Source of the DNA: Trichinella spiralis
Lineage: Eukaryota
NCBI RefSeq assembly: GCF_000181795.1
Contig: NW_003526944.1
Coordinates: 1,268,498-1,332,497 of the forward strand
Reading direction: 5' to 3'
DNA: 64,000 nt
The position numbers and the translations under genes are program-made. Position 1 is the stretch's first letter. Each line of letters opens with the position of its first letter. Positions 12,001 to 23,933 of the stretch are shown here, piece after piece. The notes beneath the pieces were generated by a model, which saw only the letters and a list, made by a program, of their open reading frames with translations, had not been told where the DNA came from and did no database searches.

Positions 12001-13800
12001 CAGCTATCTATTACATAGCATAAAAAATATTTTTGTTATGAAAAAGAATCCAGATATAATAAATTGCTTTCACTAGAAGAGGAACGAAGTACATAGTAAA
12101 TTTTCATTTATAATTAATTTAGGTAGAAGTGGAAAAGTTTTATGGTTTTATGGTTCCAAACGAGCAATCTATAGCTGCTGTTACAGTTGAAAACATTTAT
12201 AATTGCAGCTGATAAAATTAAAAGTAATGCAGAATTTGAATAAAAAAATGAATGATGTAGCAAACTACACAGTTTTGAAAACAATAAAGCTTTATCTTGA
12301 TGTAAAATAAAAACATAATAAAGCGAAATGATTCCCTCAATTGAGTTAATTGCATAAGAATTTGCTAATTTAATCCAGTTAATGGATAAATCAGATAAAT
12401 TATGATCAGAACGCAATTTGTTTCTAAAGATGGAAAGATACTTCCTACTAAAAAATTTTTCTAAAGTTCTGGTATTTGCTGCTGATATCTCTCTTTTCTA
12501 TGTGAACAAATCACCGTCGATAATACTTCAGAAAAATGTTATGATTATCCCAAGCCACAATGGAAGACCGATCTCCATGAATCTAAAAAAATGGGAGGGA
12601 GTGATGGGGCGGGGGGGGTTAGGTGGGGAATTTTCTACAGATTACCACGATCCCTGTTCTTCCTGAAGCGGTCAATAGTTCAATGGGAGATGCCATCTGT
12701 CAAGAGGGACAGGTCAGGAATTAGTAGGGTATCTGTGAATTAGCAGGATTAGCAGGGTAGGAGGGAGAATTAGCAGGATGGAAGAAATAAATGTTGTTAG
12801 AAATTGCATCCACCGCACATGATAATCTGGCGTTGTCTGTGACTTATTAATGTTGGCACCTGTGGAGGTGAGGGTATTTTCTAAATGATGGGAAAGAATT
12901 TTCACGTGTCAGCTGATTAATTGCAGCTGATAAAATTAAAAGTAATGCAGAATTAGAAATAATGAAAAATGAATGATTTAGCAAACCACACAATTTTAAA
13001 AACAATAAAGCTTTATGTTGATGCAAAATAAAAATATAATAAAGCGAAATGATTCTTTCAATTGAGTTAATTACATAATTAGAATCTGACAATTTAATTA
13101 TGCTAAATGACAAATCAATGATCGATTATGATCAAAACGTAATTTTTTACTAAAGATGGACAGGAAACTTTCTACATGAAATTATGGTAATTCTTGATAT
13201 TCCCGTTTTTCATGAGAATGTACACCGATCGATAATAGTTTGGAATTATTTTATACTTTATCCAATGTAATTAGAATAGGGATTTATCCAATGATTTATA
13301 CTTTATCGTATGTAACTAGAATTATTTTATACTTTATCCATTCAACTAGAATTGGGAGGCCGTTGATGAATTTTCTGTAGATTAGCGTGATCTTCATTGT
13401 CCTTAAATCCTATAATAGTTCAGCGTTAGACATCGTTTGCGGGTGAGAAAAGGTGGGGAAGGAATAGAAAAAGGCATAAGGAAGAATTAGCAGGATGAAG
13501 GAAGTAAAGATAGTGAAGGATAAAGAAAAGTGTGTCGCTTTTCTTCAAATGAATGAACCGTTCGCTTTCAATCTGTGGAGAGGCATTTTCTCAGTAATGG
13601 GAAACAATTACATTGTTGTGCCTCAGGGTTCTTGGTAATACATTGACATCATAGGACTTTCCGGATTCATTTTGAAAGATGGATGGAACGTCAGTCAGTG
13701 CCATTCTGACAGTTTTTTAGGTGAACGGTGGAAGTGGATGCTTCAGCACAAAACAGTTTTACACTGTGAACCAGAAACAGCCCTATGCAGCAAGTGATTA
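9050..13800 (-). repeat. Right arm of the degenerate inverted repeat (D'-B'-B'-C'A'-C'A')
   Basis: Reverse-complement matches to 3430-6130. There is also an internal direct duplication, ~12200-12460 vs ~12919-13170 (AATTGCAGCTGATAAAATTAAAAGTAATGCAGAATT, offset ~718 bp). Confidence 0.75.
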
Positions 13801-16800
13801 GTGCTGAGTTTGAGAGGATATGATGGAGTAAACAGTAAACATTTCAGAGATCATCATATAAAATGGGGAGTAGATCACGTTTTGTCAATGCAGATTTGCA
13901 ATTCAGATTCATTCCTCAATTGAAAATAATCTTTTGCATGTCAAATTCCTGCATTTTAGAAAATTCTATACGATTCTATACGATAAATCTGTCTTTGTAC
14001 AGTGATTCAGAATGACGCAAAATTGAGAATAATTTCCGTTAAATCGAACGATTTCTTCTATATATATTATATATGCATTTTATTTCATGATTGCACTGTA
14101 GTTAATGCTAAAAATAAATTCTGCATGCACTCTTTGGTAATGCATTTTATTCAAATCGTTCCCTAGAAACATTTACAAAAATGCCGTTAAAAAGCCACTT
14201 TAATTGGTAAATGTAAACTTGTGAAATTGCATATTTACATTTGTTGGGAAATACTACTTGTACAAATTTGCGCAAATGTGATTTGTATTATGTTTTCATT
14301 TAAGGTTTGTTGTACAACAGTTTTATTTAATTTCAAAATGAATATTGAGTTATGAATTTATATGAAAAAAATTTTAATGAAACTATAACGAAAAGCAAAG
14401 TACACTGAATGAATGTCATAAGACGCTGCTGTAAGCCACCTCGGTGAAGCAAACGGACTCGCAATTATTGATAACGAAAGCGCCTCAAAAAAAGTCATTT
14501 GCATAACTGAAAAACAACCCTCACGCAGCGTTGCTTCACCTAGTCTAAATTCACTAAAACTCATCGCGGAGTCGTGTTTGAAAAAACAATTTCAGTTTTA
14601 CAATTCCATACTGAGACATGATAATCTTAAATATTAAAAAATGACTACATACTAAAAATTATTGCCAATATACCGTTCAAGAACTCAAACGTGGATTTTC
14701 AGAAAAATTACAGATGCTGTATTTATTCTCAAATACATATTATTGACTTAAATTACTAATTTACTACATACTCAACATCTATTTTCATCCATATCTTAAA
14801 ATAATAACGATAAAACTGAAAAAAATTCCACTTACCAAAATAAGCGCCTTTTTACGTTGAAGCCCATGCTTTTTTGTACAGTTCAGAATTCCAAACAATA
14901 AAATTAAAATAAATAAAGGACAAAAACATTTGCTCGTTGCTTATCCGTCTTTCCAGTGAAAACGTCTTGCTGTTCATACACTGCACACTGTACACCAACA
15001 ACCACTGCTACTAACGCCACGCAAGCGAACGCATAGCACGATAATAAAAAGTTGCATGCAATTTCTGGTAAACAAGTGCCATCCATGCCTGCAAACAAAA
15101 TTTTCACGAACGTTAATCTGATATCACCCCAACGGCAATATATTAAATATAATTTTACATTATTAACGAATGTATACTTTTCGACTAATAGATGTAATTG
15201 AAATGCTCAAATAATAGAAATCAAATGAAATTACTAAAACTGAAGATCAAGTGAAATTATTTCATCAGTGCTATGCGTCGTCTCGATAACATGCAAATTT
15301 TTATGCGCTGCCTTGCTTTTATACGCTGCGTGTTTCACCTAGTCTAACTGTACTAAAGCTCAAAAAAATATTTAATTATATCAATAAGATACACATACAA
15401 AAAATCAATTTGAATAACCATCAAACAATTAAAGATATGAAACTTACCAAAATAATCCTCTTCTCAGTCACGACCTCTATCTTCATTTTTTTGTGCAGCT
15501 TTATAAATCATGATAAACGATTTTCATAAAATAAAAATAATGTACACAAAAAGCAACATATATATCTATCTGATGGATGCTTGTCCAGATTTAGTTTGGA
15601 TGCGCCGTACTGTTCACTCTCTGCGAAACCGTCATTCCGTAATTATTGAAAATAAAGCACACAGTGAGCACACTATCTACGATTACTGTATACCACGTCA
15701 ATAATTGCAAAAAAATAATATAAGCAATTTAGGAAAAGTTAATTTGCATAATTGAAAACAACCCTTACACAACGTTATTTAACCTAACCTAACCGCATTA
15801 AAGCTCAACGTCGAATAACATTTTTCTGAAAATAATTTTCAACCTCATCTACGCAATGTGATACTAAACAAATGAAACTGAAATGGCCATAAATGTCAAA
15901 CTTTAAAACATTTTACATTTATTAATTTGTTCCTTTTCAACAAATATAGATAAAGTTTGCCTTTGTTTGAAAATATTCTTCACGCACAGAACTGTACAAT
16001 TGAACTTCAGACCATGTTTCAACATTAATATTTCAATACTTCAAATACATTTATATATAAGAAGAAATTACATTTATTCAATTGCACAGCAGCGCACTAT
16101 TACAGCAGCAATCAAGAAGTTACGTAGCCAGGAAAACATTCTTTTGCCATGCTTTATCATGATCACATTCTGATTTTTCAGATCAGAATTATATCGGAGG
16201 ATCGTTTTTAATTCAGCAAAATTTTCACATCGTCTTTTTCCTAAAAAATGAAACATCTAGAATGAAATAAAATACTTCAAAAATTTGTTTTAAGTTTCTT
16301 CTATATCAATGTCTATATATATATATATATATATTTGTGCATTTAATAGATGCAAAAGAAAATAACAATAAACACCACTGCAAGAATAAATGTAATAAAT
16401 CTTATTACAGATAAATACATGAATTAACCCTTGAAATAACTGTTTCAAAATTATCATAATTATACAATACAAATTTATGCAGTAAACGAGGTACCTGACC
16501 AGTCCTTTTCATTCAAATAATCATCGACATCTTTAATTATATTGATTTTATTTGACTGTTGAATTGATCAATTGTTCTATTGATCAAATCACATTCGCCA
16601 GATTTGAAACGCATCATTGCTAAAACAGTTTTCAACAACTACAAAACAAGACAATAGAAACGATAAATTTAAATTACAGTTCGATTCAACAAAATAAACA
16701 ATTGATTAGCATGTTGTGCGCATGCCTCATCATTAGTTACCAATGCGTTGAATAATGAACATAAACAGTTAGAAAGAAAAACCAACAGAATAACAATAAC

Positions 16801-16972
16801 TTGAACATATGCAAATATGCGCCTAACTGAACGCTTAATCATCATTATAGTAGAGTAGCAACAGTTGCACAATGTAAAATAACGAGTAGCAAAATGAAAA
16901 ACCACAACAATGAAAGCGTGCAGAATTGCGTGAAAAATTTCTTTGATTTTAAGTTTGATTATTTTTGCCGTT

Positions 16973-17959
16973 TCAAATCCCCTTCGAACTGATTATCCCT
17001 ATGCTGGATTTGTTAGCAGCAGCAGTTTGGCGCAACAGCAGACAGTGTATCAGTTTGCGAAATTCGCCCATTCGACAGTACAACAAAATGAAATGCAATA
17101 TCCCATCAAAGAAGGCAATGATCGCGTACCGGGTGGTCAGAATGGACTGGGTGAGATCGGATATGCTCAGAGCGAAATTGACCACCACGTTGCCAACCAC
17201 GGTAGTTATGCAAAACGTGCCAACACACATGAACAGAGTGACGATCAGTTTCACGTTCATCCGTTGCCTGCTTTGGGATATGTTGTCGCCAAGTCGTTCA
17301 ACAGAACGCATCTTGAAACGGATCCACACCATCAGAAACAGATATACCACCAAGGTGATGGAAAGCAGCAGATTGATTTGCATTTGAGATTTGATGAAAT
17401 AGCTTCTATCGAATATGGTCACGTAGGAGCAAAAGAGCAATGGCTGATCAGAAGTGTGAAAATAGCCGACAATTTCCATAATGACGCAGTGGAAAAAGAT
17501 CAGAAGCATGATCGTGGTGGTGAGTTTGCGTTTGAAAACGTGGACGTAAAATTTCGGCGCCACCACGGCCAAACAACGATCCAAACCCGTGAATAAGCTG
17601 ACGTCGGTCAGAAAGCGCAACGAGAAGTCCAAAACAAGAAACTGAAGGAAGCATTCTTGCTGAGTGAGAAACCGCAGCCCGGCTCCGTGGATCCGGTACA
17701 AATCAAAGATGCCAGTGATCAAAAGGCCGGCACCGAAAATACAGTAAGTGAAACAGATCAAACGGATGAGCAGGAACACTTTTTGCTTCCGAGCAACTTT
17801 TGGCAAAAGCATCGCCAGCAAAGCGCCGGCATTCAACAACAACGTCAACAAGCCGACCACCACCCCGAAATACGGCATTATTTTCATCTCCTTGCCGACA
17901 CTGTTTCGCATCACTTCAACTTCCTCAAACGTCGAGGCGTTAGCGAAAAACATTTTCAA
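16973..17959 (-). CDS. Intronless 7TM rhodopsin-like GPCR, nematode Srsx chemoreceptor-like
   Basis: 328-aa ORF with about seven hydrophobic segments, a DRY-like FTGLDRCLAVVAPKFY motif, extracellular Cys residues and a helix-8-like EFRK. The true start may be a downstream Met. Confidence 0.85.
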   Translation of the reverse strand: MKMFFANASTFEEVEVMRNSVGKEMKIMPYFGVVVGLLTLLLNAGALLAMLLPKVARKQKVFLLIRLICFTYCIFGAGLLITGIFDLYRIHGAGLRFLTQQECFLQFLVLDFSLRFLTDVSLFTGLDRCLAVVAPKFYVHVFKRKLTTTIMLLIFFHCVIMEIVGYFHTSDQPLLFCSYVTIFDRSYFIKSQMQINLLLSITLVVYLFLMVWIRFKMRSVERLGDNISQSRQRMNVKLIVTLFMCVGTFCITTVVGNVVVNFALSISDLTQSILTTRYAIIAFFDGILHFILLYCRMGEFRKLIHCLLLRQTAAANKSSIGIISSKGI

Positions 17960-19380
17960 TTTTAAGCAAATTTTATTTTGTTTTCTTTTTTATTTTTATT
18001 TCGCTTGAAAATTTCTAAATCAAAAAAAAACGCGTCAAACTCAATTTCAAACTCACAATATACTAATTATTGAAATTTTAAATTATTCAAATATTAAAAG
18101 TAATAAAATGCTGAAAATGAAAATTTTCAACATTTTTCAATAAAATGACAACGGCAATCTTACTGGAAAATATGAAAAGTGTACAAATTCAACTTTTCAA
18201 CACTGTTCTGAGCAAGCTCATCCATCTTCTTCACCGTGACACTGTTGAGCATGAAAATTATCCAAGCTTTAAAAATCTACTGCTCGTAGAAAAAATAAAA
18301 TAAAATAAATTTTCATATGTATCATCTTTGAAAACACGTGAAGTGTAAAAATGAATAATGACGCAACTTCTGCATGGTTCATTGGCGCAATTTCGCTAAT
18401 TGCTTGCTAGTCACGGGGTGTAGCAAAACATAAATTCCGTATGGAAAATGTTTATAGTCGGAAAGATGATTTTCTTTATAAAAAATCAATAAAAAACGAA
18501 CCGTCTGACATTGAATAAATAGCAAATTGATTCTACTAAAAGTAAAAAAAAGAACAAGCATTTCACAATTCGATTTCATATTCTTCAAGTTCATACAATT
18601 TTTCTGCAAAAAGTAAATCTCAATAATTTCAATTGAATTCATAATTATCAGAAAATAAAATTACAAATTATTAATATAATTTTACAAAACTCAACTGGTG
18701 AAAAACTTTTTCACGAGCTAATCAAACTAATGTATAAAATTAAAAAATATTTTTTCAGTGCAACTTTATAGAGTTAATTTATTTTCAACAGTTACTTCGA
18801 TTGCACCACTGAAGTACCTTAATCAATTTTTTAATTATTCTTCTAAAAAAAGCGAAAAATTGAAAAATAAAAAAATGCATTCCTACCAATTATCCCAATT
18901 ATCATGGAAATTTTAAATGCAATAAATCATTCACAATTTTAACTAGTTTATATTTCATTTATGCAATCTACAAATGCTGCCCAATCAAAGGATACATATG
19001 AAAAGTACATAAAGACAAAAATTGAACAATTGCGAAGTGAAAAAATAGATAAATTCTGCCAACATTTTCAACATCAAGCCTATAAACGTACAAAATCTCA
19101 AATTACAGTAAACACGGTTGAACTTAAACATCAAATCACAAAAATTACCGTTTCATAAATTTATAAAACATTACAGACCTGAATTGAGTTTTGCTATTGG
19201 GGGAAATTCAGAGTAAATATTTTGTATGAAAGTTTAACATTTTACAGTATACAATTCGATCGCTCGTTCAGCAATAACTGATCGCCTTTGTTAATATAAG
19301 AAAATAATTGTCCATATTTCGGTGGTATTTTTAAATGACGAAAATAAAATGTTGCAATTAAAACAACTGTCAAGTGAATA

Positions 19381-21072
19381 ATGCTCGGCTTTGCGGAAAG
19401 TGACAGTGAGGATGAGCTGCCGTCTGGCTGGGAAGAGCGAACCACGTTGGATAACCGAGTCTATTATGTCAAGTATAGTGAGGAAGATGAAATGTGCAGC
19501 ATGTAAAAAATTTTATTTCTTCCCATTCAGCCATTTTGAAAAGTCAGTGCAGTGGAATCATCCACGTACAGACCGCAGGAAAACTGTTCCAGCAGAATTA
19601 CCGAAAAATTGGAAACGTGTAGTGGATGAAGAGAATAAAATATTATATGAAAAGTAATAATGTTATCATGGTAGTTAGTCATGCTTCAATCGCCTAACCA
19701 TGGTAATAATTTCAGCCAAGTGACTGGATTTAAAACTTATGCTGATCCGAGACTGGCTGCCGCATTCGAAGAAACTGGTGAAGAAGAAGAAGAACAATTA
19801 CCAAGACAACGTTTTGATGCTCGAACAAAAGCGCTCCAAGTTTTGCATGGAATAGATCTGAGCAACAAGACAGTAATGATTACAGGGGGAACTTCGGGAA
19901 TTGGTGAATGTTCTTTTTCTCTTTCAATGAATTCAATCAGCAAGTTAAATTCGATCATTTTCTTCAAGGTTTGGAAGTTGTAAAAGCAATGTTATTTCAC
20001 GGAGCAAATGTCATTATTGCATGCCGAAACATTAGCAGAGCAAGAGATACTGTAGCAAAATTGCACACTGACAGAGTAAATCAGTAATTTGTGAACTTGG
20101 TTATTTTTCCCATTTCCCCCAAATACATAATTCTTCAGAGATGCGTTAAAGTGGAATTTATTCATTGCGATTTAGCTTCTATGAGCAGTGTTCGACGATG
20201 TGCAGAAACATTCCTAGCCAGTAACTGGTAAGAAAAAGCTTCACAGTGCATATAAAAAAATTCAAAACAAATACTTTTTTGTACATACATTCAATGTATT
20301 GTACTATTTAAATTTAGGAAGTTAAATGTACTGATTCTCAACGCTGCTACACTAGAATATTCATATTCGGTTACAGAAGATGGCCTCGAACGCACATTCA
20401 GTGTGAATTACTTGGGGCAGTTTTATTTAACTACTTTCCTTTTGAAGAAGCTACAGAATTCAACGCCAGCAAGAATTGTAATTACAACTGGAGAAAGTCA
20501 TCGTTTGTACGCACTGTAAACTAATTACACATTACCTTACAGTAATAATGTGTGAAGATTTAGCGCGAATTATCATAATCTGGACGAGGACGAACTCATT
20601 TCTCGAATAACATTAACACCAGAGAACAAAGATTCATACAGTGGCATAATAGCGTACAGTATTTCAAAACTTTGTTTGACAATGTTCGCGTTTTACTTGA
20701 ACGAGAAGTTTTCAAAGCAACATATATTCTGTAATGCAGTTCATCCAGGAAACTTAGTGCCCACAAAACTTTATCGTCGCTATTGTTGCATCAGTGCCCT
20801 GGTATGGCTGCTCAAGCCGTTCACCAAATCTGCGGTATTTAGTCGAATTTTCAACTTTCATAACACATTGTTTTGATTTTTGCTTTCTCTCTAAGGATCA
20901 AGCTGCGTCTACAATCGTTTTTGCAGCCTTTTCACCAGATTTGAACAACATTGGTGGTGTATATTTGAACAGTTGTTGGTTCTGTTCACCCAGTGCGACA
21001 TCAACTAACCGTACATTGCAGAGAAGACTTTGGAATGTGAGCAATGAAATTTTAAATTCTATCGGAGCATAA
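19381..21072 (+). CDS. WWOX: WW domain-containing oxidoreductase (multi-exon)
   Basis: [35 protein letters not shown] (WW1), LPKNWKR..YADPRLA (WW2), [21 protein letters not shown], catalytic [13 protein letters not shown] and QAASTIVF. Introns are GT-AG. Confidence 0.93.
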
Positions 21073-21658
21073 CAACAATCATTCATTATATTTAAAAATT
21101 AGCTCAAAAGTTGCAAATAAAAAGAAAATGAATTTTTATGGAATAAAGAGCGCCAAAGTAAAAGCTAAATTCAGCTGATTTTTGGTTTCATTTCTAATAA
21201 TACATAAACCTCCTTTTACAGCTTCGCATCATTCACGATATTATTCAACCGATAAGACTTAATAGCTAGCTACAATAGCTGAGAATCTTCTGTGCAGTAC
21301 AACCATCATAATATATAAAAACAGAATGTAAAAACATATCTAATACTGACTGAAAATACGCTGAACTAAAGCTGAATACAATGATTACATGTCTATCCGG
21401 GAAAAAAGCAACTGCCAAATATTTGAACACAAAATCGAACCAAAAACGAAACAAAGGTAATGCTTACCATACCAACTTGAAAAGCGTGTACTATTTAAAA
21501 AAACGAACATTTTATTTAAAAAAGTTGATTCACTGACGGAAACGTGTTCTAAATCAAATAAAAGATGACTAACGGAAAAAATCTACATATTAATACAGTA
21601 TACCTGATGAGTAAGAATTAACAAAAAGAAAATTAACACTAGAACAGAATAATTTCAC

Positions 21659-23551
21659 TCAGACAGTAATGTGAGGAGAGCTGGAAAAAATCCCAATTGT
21701 TGAAACAAGTATAACGAAAGAAAAGGCAATCAAACATATCCTGTCAACAACCATGGCAGCGAATTTCCAATCGTTTCGAGCTTCTTGTTCTTCTTCTTCA
21801 TTTTTGACGAACTCTCTAATGTATCGTACATCAGCAATTAACTGCTCAAGCAGATGACAGATGTCACTGGTCCTTTGTATCGAAGTTTCCTTGCAATTAA
21901 GCAAAGGCTCTAAATCATTTCGAATATCACTGTGAATGTTCGAATTCGACTTCAACGGTCGCCTCATCAACAATATACGTGGGAACCAATCAAGTAACAC
22001 TTTTCGAGTCTGAAAATTAAATGGCATAAAATGAAAAAGCATAACGCATCAAAAAGTAAATACCCAGACACCCATACGATGGGTATCCTGGGTTCTGTAA
22101 TGCAAGTTCAGAACTATAACGTTGAACACCACCGAAGCAGATACTACAATCATATGACTGCTGAAGAATACTCCAATCAGTGATACCGCCTCAGATGTGC
22201 TTGGTGTCATCTGAGATACCATTGTCAAAAATACACACACTGATAATAATATAGTAATTTCTGAAAAGGAAAAAATCTGTTTAAAAATTTATCACAGCCA
22301 ATCAATCATGCAATAAAAATAAGTAATTTCTTTAATTATTTCTTTTCTAAAATTAAAAAAAAATTCAAGTAAATAAACAAATTTTATCCATATCATTTTG
22401 AAAATGTGTTTTAAGCAAGAAAAAAAAAGGTTCATAAATTAGAAAAGCAATATCTCACCGAGAGTGAGCTTTTCGCCGGATTCAACGGGCAAAATGAAAC
22501 CAAGCAGTGTCATCAGTGATATTAACAGACTCGGTATAATCAAGTTAAAACCATAATAAAGGGTACGTCTTCGTATGTGCAAACAATATTTCACATCTGA
22601 ATAAGGTTCATCAGGACAACATTCGTACAGTTTTACCGTTCTTCGCACGGGATAATCTGCGGTTGTAAACTGCGACACTGCAAACAGAAATACGAAAAGG
22701 CAACAAACAATTCGAACCTCACCAACAAGAAGCCATTCGCCATTTTCAATGTATTCGGACATATCCCATCCATTTCCGCCCTGTTCTAAAACTAACTTTC
22801 GGTCGTTGTATGTCCAAGAGCCGAACTAGAAGTTGTTCATTCATCTCAACAGAAATCAACAAATAAATCCTACCTTCAAACAGCATGTTTGATCATCAAA
22901 TGGAAACCAAGTGACGTCCATTTTACAACTGCTTCGCACAATTGCTGGCGGAATCCAATTGATCTTACCGTCACTGTAGACAACCAAATTGCTTGGATAG
23001 TACGGATCAAAGTTCGGATCAACACTGCAAAAATACAACTGTTAATAAATTTGCAACGTTTCATTGATTGATTGAATGAAGACGACAAACTTGTTGTAAA
23101 GTAATACATCTGGCTTCCATATTTTTCCCGCCGGAAAGCGTACATCGGATATGCCACCATATTCTTCCGGATTCCATTTCAAATTATAATCATACCACGT
23201 CTAGAATGAAGAATTGAAAACTGAACAAACGTTCCTGATTACCGTTGGTCGCTTACAAATTTCAACCAAATATTTGTTTGAATTAATTGGTTTTTTTCCT
23301 CCTAAAATTAAGAAAACTAATCAACCGTTCAAATTTGATTTCATCACGTGTCATTTTACCACATCGACAATTTGAAACAGAACCAATTCCAACAGTACAA
23401 CAAGAGGCTTCGAACAATTTGATACAGGACGTTCGAGAATGTTGTATCCGCGTAATAAATCGTCGTATAAAATTTGTTCATTGTAATCAGCCAGCAAGCT
23501 GAGAACACAAACGCTGAACGAAAATGCAAAGAAGAACAGCCAGCTACACAT
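21659..23551 (-). CDS. Nicotinic acetylcholine receptor alpha subunit, ACR-16/alpha7-like
   Basis: Signal peptide MCSWLFFF, Cys-loop [15 protein letters not shown], loop [25 protein letters not shown]2 [18 protein letters not shown] and M4 [14 protein letters not shown]. Confidence 0.93.
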
Positions 23552-23933
23552 CGACCTGATCAACACAACTTCACCGAACGGCAAGCAAGCAATTGTTGAA
23601 GCAATGCATAACCCAAGTCTTGATTAAGCTAGTTTGTATTTGTCAAACAATTTGCCAGTTTTCATCTGACCGCATCAAATCCACGCCCAAATGTCTCGCA
23701 ACCTCTTGAAAACTTTCACTTGAAATTAACTTAACAAATAAAAATGTACCATTCATTCATTTTTCATCAAATCTATTATTTAAGAGGTGAAATTGTTTCT
23801 CTTCACAATCAACCAATATGTTTATTTATAAAATGTCAGTTTCAAGCGTTATAAAGAGACAACGCCCCTTAGACAGGCTGAGTGAAAAATCACACAGTGC
23901 AAAAAGAAAGAAGGAAAATATGAACATCACACA

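Noticed and set aside
16943..17965. Long plus-strand ORFs (217 aa and 102 aa) antisense to the GPCR
   Set aside because: These are shadow frames of a hydrophobic coding strand, with no motif or proper ATG.
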